Position numbers and translations under genes: made by a program. Shown piece by piece: positions 51,183 to 63,900 of a stretch of 64,000 nt of DNA. The notes beneath the pieces were generated by a model. The model was given only the letters and a program-made list of their open reading frames with translations, was not told the origin of the DNA and searched no databases. This DNA comes from Puccinia triticina (taxonomy: Eukaryota): contig CP110439.1 of assembly GCA_026914245.1 (NCBI GenBank), forward strand, positions 2,294,001 through 2,358,000, in the 5' to 3' direction. Within the stretch, counting starts at the first letter, position 1. Each line of letters begins with the position of its first letter.

Positions 51183-52757
51183 ATGTACGATTCTACTTAC
51201 TGGGGTACTACCCTGTTCTTCACTTCATGCTATCTCTCGGCAGGCCTTGCCATCATTCCCACTGTGTGGTTCATATTTCATGGCCAGTCTGCCGCTGCTT
51301 CGTTGGGTGTTTGGGTAACTGTAGCCGACTTGGTACATGCTGTAAGCTGATTGTCACGAATAGAGACAATTATTTGAATATCATCGTTTTTAACAGTTGC
51401 AATTTCTATTAGATTAACTCCACAGTGTGGAGGAAGGACGCCATTGATCGCTCACCCATTTGGTGCGATATTAGCTCACAGGTAAGTTTTATCAGAACTT
51501 CCAATTTCGGCCTTGTCTGGCTCCGATTTCCTAACATTTCGAATTATACCACAGATTATCCTCATATATTCTACAGGCTCCATATGTTCGTGTCTATGCA
51601 TTGCCAAATTCTTGGCTTTTGCGTTGTCTCCATCCTCTAGGAATATTAGTCATGAGGATCGTCGACGGATCAACATTCGGAACTACGTTTTCAGCCTTGG
51701 GTTCCCCATCGCCATGATACCTTTTCATTTTCTCTACTCGCCTACTCGGTTTGGTCTTGTTCGAACGATGGGATGTGAAGCCTCATACGTTTTGTCGTGG
51801 CCAACCTTCTTCTTTTTCATCATCTGGTCCCCTATATTTGGAACTATCGCCTGCGGATATACAGGTCAGTGCCTCATAATTTTCATTCTCTATGTAGGCG
51901 CTAGACTGAGACCATAATTGAACGGATCGGTATTCATCTGATAGCCTATGTCGGCTACAAGCTTTTCCAATGGAAGTGTAGGAACGCTTCACCAAAGAAT
52001 TCTACAAAGCTTCCTGTTTTAAGACTGGCATGGTTGTGCATCACTTACACAACTGCGGCAGTCCCACTGTCAATATATTACATGATCGACACCATTGTCC
52101 GCGGAAACTATTCGCATTTTTCTGTTAAAAAAATCAGAGCCAACGTAAGCCAAATTTTACCAATTACCCTAGTTCCAGCATAGAACACCTTGGCTCATAA
52201 ATTACATTTTTTGCCCTGGTCGCCAGTCCACCGGAATTGAATACGAAGCTGACAAGCTCAAGCCTACTTTTTATGATGCTATGCCATTGATGGGCAGCGG
52301 AATTTACATCGTGTTTTTCACTTTCTCCGCCGAACTAAGAAACGTATACAAGCAATGTTTTTGGAAAACCTTCAATTTCTTATTCAAAAACCCATTCAAA
52401 ACAAAGCACATTCCCGAGGAAGCTGAAAATAGAGGTTTTGGAAAGCATACCCAAATTCATGTCGATGTGGATTACGATACCGAGATGATGGAAATGCAAG
52501 CAAAGGCTGAATCAAGGTATGTTTTGGAATTCATCTGATTTGTTCCGATAGGTCACTTACGAGTTTTTTCCTCATCATGAACGTTGGAGAAAAACAGACA
52601 GTCATCTACAACAGTTCCCATTGCGAGCAAAACTAGTGTATCGCCTCCACCGCACACATCCATGTTTGAGAATATTAGATCCTCGAAGACCAGCTCTGAC
52701 CAAACGTTTTGTAGCTCCCCGAATGCCATGACGCAACTGATTCCGAAGATGAATTGA
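51183..52757 (+). CDS. STE3: STE3-type pheromone receptor, ~395 aa; exons 51183-51341, 51413-51481, 51555-51864, 51945-52144, 52227-52516, 52598-52757 (last acceptor less certain)
   Basis: INSTVW..PIWCDISSQI and RFGLVRTMGC motifs, multiple hydrophobic helices, and five GT-AG introns of 71-82 nt giving one open frame of 1188 nt. Confidence 0.92.
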
Positions 52758-54506
52758 ATACTTTCCACATTTCTGATGTTGTATGCTTAGTCTAGAGCAG
52801 AATTTTGCAACTTGTATTCATTTTCTCAAATGTCAAATTCTATTCATTATTTCATTTCAATCCAAATTTGCTTGCGTGAAAAAATACCATTTTGACTAGT
52901 GGATGTCCAGTGCCACGTGGTGAAACAGTTGTCAATGAAATATTAAAAATGATGAACAAGACTTAAGTATCAAAATATATTGTTTTACCCTTTGGTGTCC
53001 TCATTATAATTAGTGTCTGGATCTGCATATTTCCTCCTCTGAGTCTGAGGAATGGAAAGGGTACATCATTTAAAATCAATCAACTCCCAAAAATTATAAT
53101 TCTGACTCCCAAAAGTAGTGGATGTTGGGAGGACTGGATTTTGATGTCTGGCTCTGGTCCTCAGGACCAAAAACTGGTCCAGGGATTGCTTGGGAGTTGG
53201 TAGCCAAATTCCAAAGAATAATTTGGGAGTCAGAGGCCCAATTTTGCAAAAAAATGACAAAAATCCAAAACAAAAAACATAAATTCTCACTGGGGGGAAA
53301 AAGGGGCAAGAGTGCAAATGGGGTCCTGGATGTGAGTGTGAGTTGTCCTGGCCTTGATTCTTGAGGGAGGTGGGAGCTTGAGTATTCCAGAAAGGTTTAT
53401 ATTGAGAATGAGGGGAAAAGGCTTTGATTTTGTTGATTGGTACACAGGGTGAAATACCTGAAGTTCACAGACTGAGTCTTTTTACACTGATGAGTGAGAA
53501 AAGAAATTGTTTGAGTTCACTAAGGAAGAGAAACTCCAATAGCAATCTAGTATAAGATATATACAAGATTGACTGTGTTACTTTTGAAGCATATTGAGTG
53601 AGAAATATAAGCATACTATCTTAAAATGTGGTTTCTACAGATTGCTGTGAAGTTTAAAATGAAGTTAACTAAGCCAGAAAAATGAGAAAACATCCAAGCA
53701 TTATTCAAAAGACCATATTAGTTCTTTTTCAATATATGCATGCAATTCCATCATCTTTGTGTTCCTCTGTGTCTGATTTCCATCAGTACATACTGCATAA
53801 GTGCATAATTGTCAGCAGAGCTCTCTGAAGTGACGCACCAGTGAATAAGAAACTTGAGCTGATTATAGAAGGACATCAAGTGAGAATAGGTGAGTATAGG
53901 ATACTTGAGGAGAGATAAAGCTAAGGGAAACAATGATAAAGGGAAAAGAGAAAGAATCTAAGAGAGAATAGAAAGCCCCAATCACTGTGTTGTGATTGCT
54001 TGGGCCCAGTAGAGATCTTGAGACTACATGTTGGCTTGTAATAATCTGGGGATCCGTCCTTCCAGGAGGGTCCCTGTCTTTAAACATTTTTCAAGAATAT
54101 GTCATTGCTTGGGCAAGGCTGTTTGCTTATTCATGAAGGAATATAATTCCCTAATGGTCCTTACACCAGGCACCATGAAAAAATTGATGTGAATAGGTGT
54201 CAGGTGACATTCAGTAAAATATGCTGAAATTCCAGCGGCACTCCAACACTACTCCCCTTGAATAACACTGGCCCCTTTTTCATCATCAGGGGGTTCTACC
54301 ACTTTTACATAAGTTTATGGTTGGAGTTCAGGATGGAGTTAGCTTCACGTCACCTACCACCTACTCCCCTCAGCTTTTTCATGGTGAGGGGAGACTTTGG
54401 CACACTCTCTAGAGAGTACCAGAGTCTAATTTTATGTTGTTCTGGGTTGGATGTGAGTCAGATGTGGATTAGCACATGATTTTTAATTTCTTCAGAAGTC
54501 AATGGG

Positions 54507-57500
54507 CAAAGATGGCACTTTAAACCCGGGTACCTGTGGCGTGTGCGGGTACCTGCGGCCTATTTCAACCCAATCTTGACATCCGCATCCGTAACCGAAC
54601 CCGCTGGCGGGTACCTGCGGCCATGGGTGGGTACCCGCTCAGATACCCGCCGGGTACCCGCCACTCACAAAGCACTGAGACAGCAAGATAACTTATATTT
54701 GAATACTATATACAAATAGGGTGATGGCAGGGTGATATAATTTCACTCAACCATCAACACATCGCCTTCAGAGGCACCAATTTCCTTCGCGCCAGTCATA
54801 GCCTTACTTTTTTTCTTTTCCATGTAGTTGTGGAGCGCCAGAGGCGAAATCTTACCACTTTTTGAATAGAACGCCAATGCCATTCCTCTACTTACCAATT
54901 TTGCATGGAGGTTGTGTCTCCTGGTGGCGACATAGTCGCGGCCAAAGCTGAAAGTCCGTTCCACATTGACTGTAGTTGCTGTATGAAAATAAAGGTTTTA
55001 GTTATTTTTGTGTTGCGATAAAGATGAAATAAGAATCTGATCTTAACTGGGCAGCTCATGATGTCAAGGGCCATCTGTAAGAGGCCATTGTGATTATTAC
55101 CGCTCTGTTTCTCCTTGGCCCACCACTTAAGGGCATTGATTGGCTCGCCGTCTTCCAAATGGAGGCCGCCTGATAGCCATATGTCAATCGGATCTGACAG
55201 AGACTCAGTGGATCTTGCTACAGCAGCTGCACCAAGCCCTGCCAGAACCCCAGTTTGCGGCTGGAGGATGCTGTGATTAGTTCAATTGGTCAGAGTGAGA
55301 AATATGTGTAAAAAGATTACCTTCAGCGTTCCTTTCCTTGGTGGTCTGGGGGCTGAATCCAAGTCCCTAGGCTTATACCACTTCTTGTACATCTCGCGAG
55401 TAAGAGCAATCGCCTCGTTGATCCATTCCTTAGGCCATTTGGCCAGCTTAAAATATTCATCCTTGAACAACGGATGGAGCACTGGAAGTATCAAAAAATT
55501 AATATTTACTTTACATTTAATTTGATTAGAATAAGTCAAAACTCACCCATTGCTATTCTGTATATGGGTGAGCAGTCTGTAAGTGCGTAGTACTTGTTTG
55601 TAATTTGAAGCCCAGCACGGCATGCATTTTGTAATGCAGCAGGGTATGAATGATCCTTGTTTGTAATCACGGCCGAAAGGTTTGCGGTGATTTGGTCGAT
55701 CATAATGACGACTTCGGCAACTCGAGGAGAGCCTTGTGTTGATATTTGAAGAGTGATGTCGTAAAACGGTTTCAGAACCTGCACCAGGTCTGCAGCCAAG
55801 TCAAATTCTTCCTGGTTCACATGGAAGTTGCGGGCGGTGCCAAACCTTTTATCACGCTGCCACATAATACTGCAAAATATAGATACATATTAGTTTTTTT
55901 CATCCCTCGCGCAATCCATTGATATGCAAAGAGACTTACATGGCCTTCTTGCATCTGACAATGCTCAAAAGCTGCAAGTATGTCGAGTTCCAACGAGTCG
56001 GGACATCTTGTTTGACGTTATGAGGCTTCTTGCACTGGTTTCCCTGACAATGCTCAGTAAATTTTGCTTTTGAGTTCGGGGATTTCCTCAATTTGGTGGC
56101 GATTGCACAAAACTGAATGAAAATAAATATGAATGTTGAGGGTTAAAGGAAAGGATCAAAGGCACAGGGGAAAAAACCGACCTTTGCAAGCAAACAACGA
56201 CATGAGTCAGAAGTATAAACATCATCATCTTTTTCGTCTTCAAGATCTTCAATATCGGCCAGAGTGAGCTCGTCCTCTACTGCTAGTTCGACATCGCATG
56301 CCTCAGGAAGATTGGTGGGCACCTCTTCATCTTCAGATTTGCGTTGCTCTTCCTCGTCATCAAACCTGTAGAAATATGTATACAAGCTTTAACCGGATGT
56401 TTTGACATCTGAGCAAGTAAGATTGTGAAATCGCTCACCCTTCAATGAGATCCTTAAGGTCTTCCTCCTCATCATAACCCTCATCCTCAGTATCTCCAGG
56501 GGTGCCTTTTTTGTTACGTGCAAATGGCCAAAGAACCGCCTTGACAATGAGATTGAGGATATGTGCAAAGCACCGTATTCACTGCGGCTTGCCTTTGAAC
56601 CGCTTCAAATCAAGCTTTTCTAACTCGGCAATCATCGTCCCATTGTTTGCCGCGTTGTCGGAAACAATACCACAGATCTGGAGAGAGGAATAGATTGATG
56701 AAATTGATTAGTTCAAGATGCAACCAGAAAAGAGACAGGCAGGAATATGACTGTACCCGGTTTTTCAATTCAAACTTCTCAACTATGTACTCAACCATAC
56801 GCGCCAAGTATTCTCCAGTATGCCTTTCTTGAAGCTGGACAAAGTCCAGAGGCATTGCATCCAACTCAACTGTGCCCGCGCCGTTGTCCAAAAGTTGGTA
56901 GACCACTGCTCCAACGATGTCAAATCCATTTGAGGTCTGCCAAGCATCAACCCCCAAGTAAAGGGCCCCCTCATGGACCTGAATGGAAGTCAGGGGTTTG
57001 ACGTGCTGCAAGTCAAAAAAGATAGAAGTAAAAAAAAAGCTAACTCACTCGCAATTCCTCACAAAGGTTCTCCTGCACACACGAGTAGAGAATATGAATT
57101 GCTTTCGAGACCTTCTTTTGATTCGGAAGATGTTTCAGGATTGTCAGATGAATAAGCCTCTTGAAGCTGGGTTCTTCCAAAGCCGAGAACGGATTTGCTC
57201 CCTTGGCACACCAAAGAGCACACCGCTGTAAGACCTGGAGGGAGTAGGCAATTCCAGAGAGTCAGATGAGTCTTAAAAAACACAGATAATGTAATGAATG
57301 GGGTGACTCGCCTCCTGCCGGTCAATCTTGCCTGTTCCCGATATACCAACTGATGCAAGAGTCTGGTTATTTGAGGGTTTCTGATGCTTCCTCAGGCATT
57401 GGCCTGCGTGCGTAAGAAGATTACTGCACAACGAGTCATATGCTGGGCGATTAATATCTTTAGCGCATCTAGAAACATTTGGAATAGGATTAGCATCCCG

Positions 57501-58199
57501 TGACTCTATTTCTTGAAACTAATGGAAAAATTATACCCACGTTTTACACTTCCATGCAATCATCCAACATTGGAATTTATCAAGCTGATCGGACAGGGTG
57601 GGTGACTCGTAGGATGCATACGCAGAACTAACTTGGTTGGATGCGAGTTTCTTTGCGTGCTCTACAGATTCAAAATATCAAGTTTGATCAGCAAAGTAAA
57701 CCAAAAGAAAAAATACCAAAACAAAGTACCTAGACGCTGCTCGTCAGTTGTTTCAGTTCCCGAATGTGTGTTACTGGGGGTTGCTGAGTCAACATCTTCC
57801 TGTTCGTTGTTTGAATCCACAAGGGGGCAATCAGTGTGTTCTTTGGATTCTTGCCAACTTTGGTGCCTTTGACGGGTTCGTGTCATTGTTGCGTAGTCGG
57901 TACGGGATGGGGGAGACAGTACAGCAGAGGGGAGGGCCTCGACGGACATGAAAAGGGAGACAGGGGGCCCGGTTGGGGCCGGAGATACTGTGCTGCGCGG
58001 CCGCGGGCCAACAAGACATACACCCATGGGCGGGTGTGGGCGGGTGTGGCTGTAAATACCCGGGTACCTGCCACATTTCCCTTGGAATCCTAGATATCCG
58101 CATCCACATCCGCACCCGTTGGCGGGTACCCGACGGCCCACGCGGGTACCCGCCAGCAGATAGCAGGTACCCGCCCGCGGGTTTGTTTGGCCATCTCTA
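54507..58199 (-). mobile_element. hAT transposon with 8-bp TSD
   Basis: Ends CAAAGATGGC / GCCATCTCTA; TCAATGGG at 54499-54506 and 58200-58207; GGGTACCCG subterminal repeats. Confidence 0.92.
54743..57949 (-). pseudogene. Multi-intron hAT transposase, degenerate
   Basis: GVDAWQT, CFAHILNL, TRWNST, VLHPLFKDEYF and VERTFSFGRDYV motifs. Confidence 0.85.
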
Positions 58200-58744
58200 T
58201 CAATGGGAAGTGTGTCAGAAGTGATGTGGAATTGTCACAGGAACTTGTGCAATGTTTTATAGAACCATTTAATTTTCTAAGGATAAATTAATCACAACCT
58301 GTAATGAAATGATCCAGGTTTATTAAAATCACAGAAACACGGAAGGCAAGATCAAATTTTTTGCCTCTGCTCATTAGCAAAAATCCCACAAAAGTTTAAA
58401 TTAATCCCCAAACACCCCGGAGGGCACCTCAGATTGACCCTCCAGCCCGTGCCGGAGCAACAGGCAAAAAAAGGTTGGTCAAAAATGTAATCAAGTGATT
58501 AGTGGGCTCCAGGGAGGGGGTGGGACAAAACCAGATCCCCTGGGGGGACAAACATCTTCCCCCACACCCTTTAAGTATACAACCCAGCTGCACACAGCCT
58601 GGGTCCTCATGCTTTGCACCCTGAACACCTCCACTTTGGTTCCCAGGGCGCTGCGCCTGGGCACACACAATGCTGGCCTGTATACACTTGTCCGAGTGGT
58701 TACAGGTCAGCTCAAGCGCCTAAAGAGGGGAATCAGTATGTCTA

Positions 58745-59415
58745 TGACCTACATATCTGGACCAGTCATTGGGACTCACATCTGTTCTTGATGACCGGTC
58801 AGACCGGTCATCGAGGGGACTCACCACCTCTTGATGACTGGCAAAGACTGGTGATTGGGAGGACTAACAGCTGTTGGTGACTGGTCTGTACCGGTCATTG
58901 AGGGGACTCACATCTCCTCTCAATGACCAGTCTTTGCCAGTCATTGAGGGAAGTCACATCTTCTCTCAATGACTGGTCTTTGCCGGTCATTGAGGGAACT
59001 CACATCTTCTCTCAATGACTGGTCTTTGCCAGTCATCAAGGGGACTCACATCTCTCAATGACCGTTCTTTGCCGGTCATCAAGGGGACTCACATCTGGAA
59101 CTCACCACCTTGCAATGACTAGTCAGACCGGTCATTGAGAGGACTCACAGCTCTCAACAACTGGTTTGTGCCGGTCATTCTGGAGACTCACAGTGACCGG
59201 TCTGTGCCGGTCATCGAGGGGACTCACACCCCCTCTCAATGACCGGTCTGACCGGTCATTGAGGGAACTCAACGCCTCTCAATGACCGGGGAGGAATCAC
59301 TGCTCTCAATGACCGGCCTGTCCCGGTCATCAAGGGGACTGACATCTCCTTTTGATGAGTGGTTAGACCGGTCATCAAGGGGACTCACCACCTCTTGATG
59401 ACCAGTCAGACCAGT
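58745..59415. repeat. Two-hairpin minisatellite (family A), 46-bp period
   Basis: CAATGAC at 58921, 58967 and onward, with GGTCATTGAGGG(G/A)ACTCAC halves. Confidence 0.85.
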
Positions 59416-59463
59416 TATAAATAGTAGATGTGAGAATTTGACTCCCCACCAATTAGGTTGCAT

Positions 59464-60185
59464 TAGAGATGTTAGCGGGTACTTGTATGCGGGTACCCGG
59501 CACCTGTTTGCGGGTACCTGTCTTTGAAAACAGGTACCCGCAAACAGGTTCCGGGTGCGGGTGTCTACTTTTGAGGGGAAAATTTGGCAAGTACTTGGAC
59601 CAAGTACTTGCCAGCACCGGCCCAATTTTGCCGGTCAAGATATGTATACATATATCTGGACACATGCTTATAGATACAAGCATATTGATAACCCTTTCCT
59701 GGGTCTGGGCCCAGCCCAAACCCACCTGTGTACCTTACTCAACCCGGTCGCCGGAGAATAGAGATCCGTCACCGTCAGTCTCCTCTTCACCAAATCACCA
59801 TCAGCCTCCACCATGGGAAGAAGCAGGAAGTGCCACAAGTCAACCAGATCCACATCTTCTTCTATCTCAATCCCGGCCAGAAATCAAGAACCTTCTGAAC
59901 CTTCTGGAAAAAAACAAAGCCGCACAATAGTTGACGTTCCCGACAATTCTGATGGAAATGAGCATGTCAATGACTCCAAAAATCCAGCAAGCACTCAGAA
60001 CGGAAAGGTTAGAGGGCTTTCCGATGAGCAAGAGCTCAGTAAGTCAAGTCCACTTTTACTCAAGATTAACCTAAAAAGTAAATTGACTCTTTATGACTTT
60101 GTGACCTTCCAGAAAAAGCACAGAGACTTCACGGAAATTGTCTCAGCTCATGCTATGCTGCTTTTGAAACCCCGCAACTCTCCAA
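59464..60185 (+). mobile_element. 5' part of the hAT whose 3' part is 35268-44469, now in the opposite orientation
   Basis: TIR TAGAGATG; the flank GGTTGCAT is the reverse complement of ATGCAACC, against ATGCGACC at 35260-35267. It carries the N-terminal exons MGRSRK..DEQEL and ..YAAFETPQLS. Confidence 0.85.
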
Positions 60186-60228
60186 CACTATGAAAAAAAC
60201 TCAAGAAAGTTCTGTCAGTTGACATGCA
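60186..60228 (+). mobile_element. CACTA terminus (end 2)
   Basis: CACTATGAAAAAAACTCAAGAAAGTTCTGTCAGTTGACATGCA, preceded by CAA. Confidence 0.8.
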
Positions 60229-60593
60229 GCATACCTGAGTTCATTCCTAGTTGAGACCAGTCCCATACAAATGAATCCTAGTACACTTCAAACATTGTTG
60301 GATTTCCAGCGCGGAATATCCAGTAGCAGTCACGTGATATCTGGTAAATACCCGGAATATCTGGTTGGATTCTCGAATTGGGCTCCCCACTCTCACGCCC
60401 ATCGGGCCCTGTCTCGCACACATCTCAGATCATGGATGCAAAGCTGCAAACTCTCTTGCATCCATCGGGCCCTTTCTCGCCCGCATCTCGGATTGTGAAA
60501 CTACCATAAAACCCCCAGTTGTACGTGCAACTTGCACCCAGACAATGAAAATAAATGAAATAACAACAGGCCTTGAACGGGTTAAGGGGCTTC

Positions 60594-63500
60594 TTTTTTT
60601 ATTATTATTATTTAAGTGCAGATTTGATTTAACATTGCGCACTATGCATATTCAACTAGCTTACAAATTTAACTATGTAGCAGAACCACACAGCCTTATA
60701 ATTGAAAATAGAGGGGAGAACTTTAACGGGCTTTCTGGGAGTTTGCTTTTGAGATTTTTTTTTGCTATTTATTTATTTGGAAGAGAAGAAAGAAAAAGGA
60801 GGAAAAAGATGGGTGAAAAAGGGAAGAACCCGTGGGGAGAAGTTGGGTCCAAAGAGCTGGAAGGGGGATCTCAAAGGGTATCCCCAAATTTGCTTTCCCA
60901 TTGGAATTGAGGGAGTCTGGCCGAGATTTTGATGAAGGATTTTTGTGGCCAGAAAGTCCAAGGGGTTGTGGAGGAGAGTTCTGGTTGTGACTGTGTTGAT
61001 CCTCTTGTTGCGGAGGATTGTCCTGGCTACTGCCCTAGCCCCGGTGTACCTGGAACAAGAGACAAGGTAGTGATCCACTGTTTTGGGGACCCCACACTCC
61101 AAGCAAATTGGGTATGGAGCTCGACTGCACTTGAATTGGAAAGCATTCAAATGGACGTGCCCTGAGCAAAGTTGATGGAATGCCGCCTGGACAGGAAAGG
61201 TCATTGGCGGGGACCCTTTCCATAGTTTCTCCTTCCGGAGCAAATTGGTCTTCTCAGCTGACATGCTGCCCCTGATCAACTCGTCAAGGAGGGAAGCTCC
61301 TCTAGCCTCCGCCGCTTTTCTGTTGGCCAGCTCGTTGCCCTTGATCACAATGTGGCCCGGGCACCATCAGACCATAATCTGTGTTGAGATTGGGATAGAG
61401 TCAGCTGTATCCTGGATTTGAGAAAGAATGTATTGGCCTGATTTTGGAGCCCTTGGGTTCCTCAACCTGTCAATGGCCGCTTGGCTGTCTGTCAAGATGA
61501 TTATTCAGGCCCCAGTTACTAGGAGCTTTGCCGTGCTGCCTATCTCCAGTCCAAGCCAGATGCCTCCCAATTCGCACTCAAAGTTGGAGGCCGTGCCCGG
61601 CGGACCTAAGAATGCAAGTTCAGACAGACTTCCATCTATTGAGACCGCTGCTGCTCCTAGCCCTTCCTCTGGGTGAGCAGAGCCGTCAGTGAAGATAACC
61701 AGGTCAGAAGTGGGGCTTACTGTTCCAAGGAATGATACCACTGATTGTTTTGCCTCCTGCTTGCTGGCCCTGTCAACGACAAGCTCCATATGTCTTTTGG
61801 GTTGCCATGGGGGCCTGCTAACGTTGACAAAATTCAACACCTCAAGCCTTTTCTCCGCGAGGCCAGCCAGTACCTCCCGGTTGAGGGAGGCGTGGACCGG
61901 GCTAGGGAAAGTCCTGGCCGTCCACAACAGTTCAGTTTGAATCTGCTGCTCTATTGCCGTAGCCCTGTGAGTCACCCTAGTCAGCTTAGTCAGGTAAAAT
62001 TTTGTAATCCGGTTTATAGCGGTTGTTTTGATGCATCTGAAGGGCCGATACTTGTTGAGGTATTTGACCGGCATGGACTTCAGAGCCCCTAACGCAAAAC
62101 GCGCTGCCGAGCATTCTATGAGATCATGTTTGAAACTTTCTGCCTGTTCAGGGAGGTGAACCAGACCTGCCCCCATAAAGAACCCTGGGCACAAGAACGG
62201 CCGAGATCAGAAGCCCGCGCTCCTGCTCCCGTATTCCCCAGGCCAAGCTGCCAATCCTAAGGAGCTGGCCTAGAGTGTCATCGGCTTTTTTCCTAACCTG
62301 TGCGTGTTGCTTCCCGAACGTCAGTTTCTCATTGAGCCAAAGGCCCAGACATTTGACGTCCCGCTGTGGGGCCAATTCCTGGTCATTAAAGAGGAAAGGG
62401 GACTTAGCCGCTTTTGAATGTGTGAAGATCACAAATTGTGCCTTCTGGCTATCAAAGATAGCCCCATAGCTCTTGCCCCACAAGAGCGACTCCTCCCCTG
62501 TCTGATTCAATTGCACCCTGGCCTCTTCTACGGTCCTTCCCGCCAAGAGGTCAACAACATCATTGATGAAGCCTAAAGACACCTCATCCCTATCAAAGTC
62601 AAATTGCCTTAGCAACAGATCAGAGTTGTAGATGATGTACAGGATGACTGATAAGGGTGAGCCCTGCGGGAGCCCCTTATCAACTTCAAACTCAGCTGAT
62701 TTGTAATCCGCGAGGCAAAGTCTTGTGTGTCAACCTTCCAGGAAACGGCCTATGATCTTCCACAAATAGGTGGGGCATCCCTTCTGATGGAGGGAATGAA
62801 CCAGGCGGCAGGGGTTGACCAACGGGTAGGCCGACTTCCCATCTAAGAACAGAGCCATGACTGTCTTTACCTTCCTTCATTTCCGATTTACCCACATAGT
62901 TAGCGCCAGCAGAGCGTTTTTGCACCCTTTACCTTGGCATCCTCCTGAGTGTCTGTCGGGGACAATGTTCTGCGATTCTGCCCAGAAATTAAGTCGGTCA
63001 GCAAGGGTTGACTCAAAGACTTTGCTGATTGTGTTGAGCAGGGCTATTGGCCGGTACGCCCCTGGGTTTGTGTAATCCGGTTTTGCAAACTTCCTGATAA
63101 TGACTGTGGTGGCAATGCACCAGGCAGCGGGAAACTGGTCCTTGCGTATGCATCTGTTGAAAAGGGTAGCAAGAGTGTCAGCCAGCTCTGCCGTGCATAT
63201 GGAGAGGATTTCATTGGGAATGCAATCAGGCCCTGAGGACTTCTTCTTTGCCAGTCTACTTAGCACCTCAGTTACCTCCTCGCAGCAACAGTGGGCCAGC
63301 TACGCTAACCGTAGCGTTAGCGTGGCGTAGTGTAGCGGAATTCCGCTAAATTTTAGCGTAGCGTTAGCGGAATTGCGCCTTCTCTGCGCTAACGCTACGC
63401 GCAAAGGGTGCGCAGCTAATTTAGCTGTTAGCGTAGCGTTAGCGCAGATGCGCGCAATTGCACTAACGCTACACACGCAGGGCGCAAAAGAGCGCGCGCT

Positions 63501-63900
63501 ACGGTGCGCCACAGTGCTTTTAGCTGAAAAAAAGGCCTTTTTTTCCGCTAAAAGCGCTGTAGCGCAGCGTAGCATAGCGTAGTGACTGTAGCGGCGCGCT
63601 AACACTAACAAAAAATTGGCGCGCTGTTAGCGCCGCTGAAACGTAGCGCAGCGTAGCGGCGCTAACAGCGCGCTAACGCTAATCAAAATGGGCGGGCGCT
63701 TTTTGCCGCTACGCTAACGCTAAGTGGCCCTGTAGCGTAGTGTAGCGTAGCAGCCCACCGTTGCTTGCAGGTGACAAAGGGGTATACCACAAAAGAAGAG
63801 GCCTCCACCGGGGGAGACATCAAACAAGTCTCAGCCACTCAATACCACTGATGTGCCTGCAAAAAGGAGCTCAGCCTTGTTGGTACATCTAGATGACATG
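60594..63900 (-). mobile_element. Tad1-like LINE remnant (RT, RNase H, C-terminal Cys/His motif), 5'-truncated
   Basis: GPDCIP, YRPIALLNTISK, GLPQGSPLS, IFTDGS, WCPGH..GNELA and CLECG..HYLVSC motifs; (TAA)n/A tail near 60594-60613. Confidence 0.9.
63286..63763. mobile_element. MITE with 7-bp TSD inserted in the LINE
   Basis: TIR CAAC(A/G)GTGGGC..GCTACGCTA; flanks CTCGCAG / CTTGCAG; TAGCG repeats. Confidence 0.85.

Noticed and set aside
54507..54516. Counting this CAA-starting hAT in the 7-bp TSD group
   Set aside because: The partner end reads TAGAGATGGC and the TSD is a perfect 8 bp, so CAA is a mutated TAG.
58745..59415. CRISPR-like look of the palindromic arrays
   Set aside because: There are no unique spacers and no cas genes, the context is eukaryotic, and the units are tandem minisatellites.
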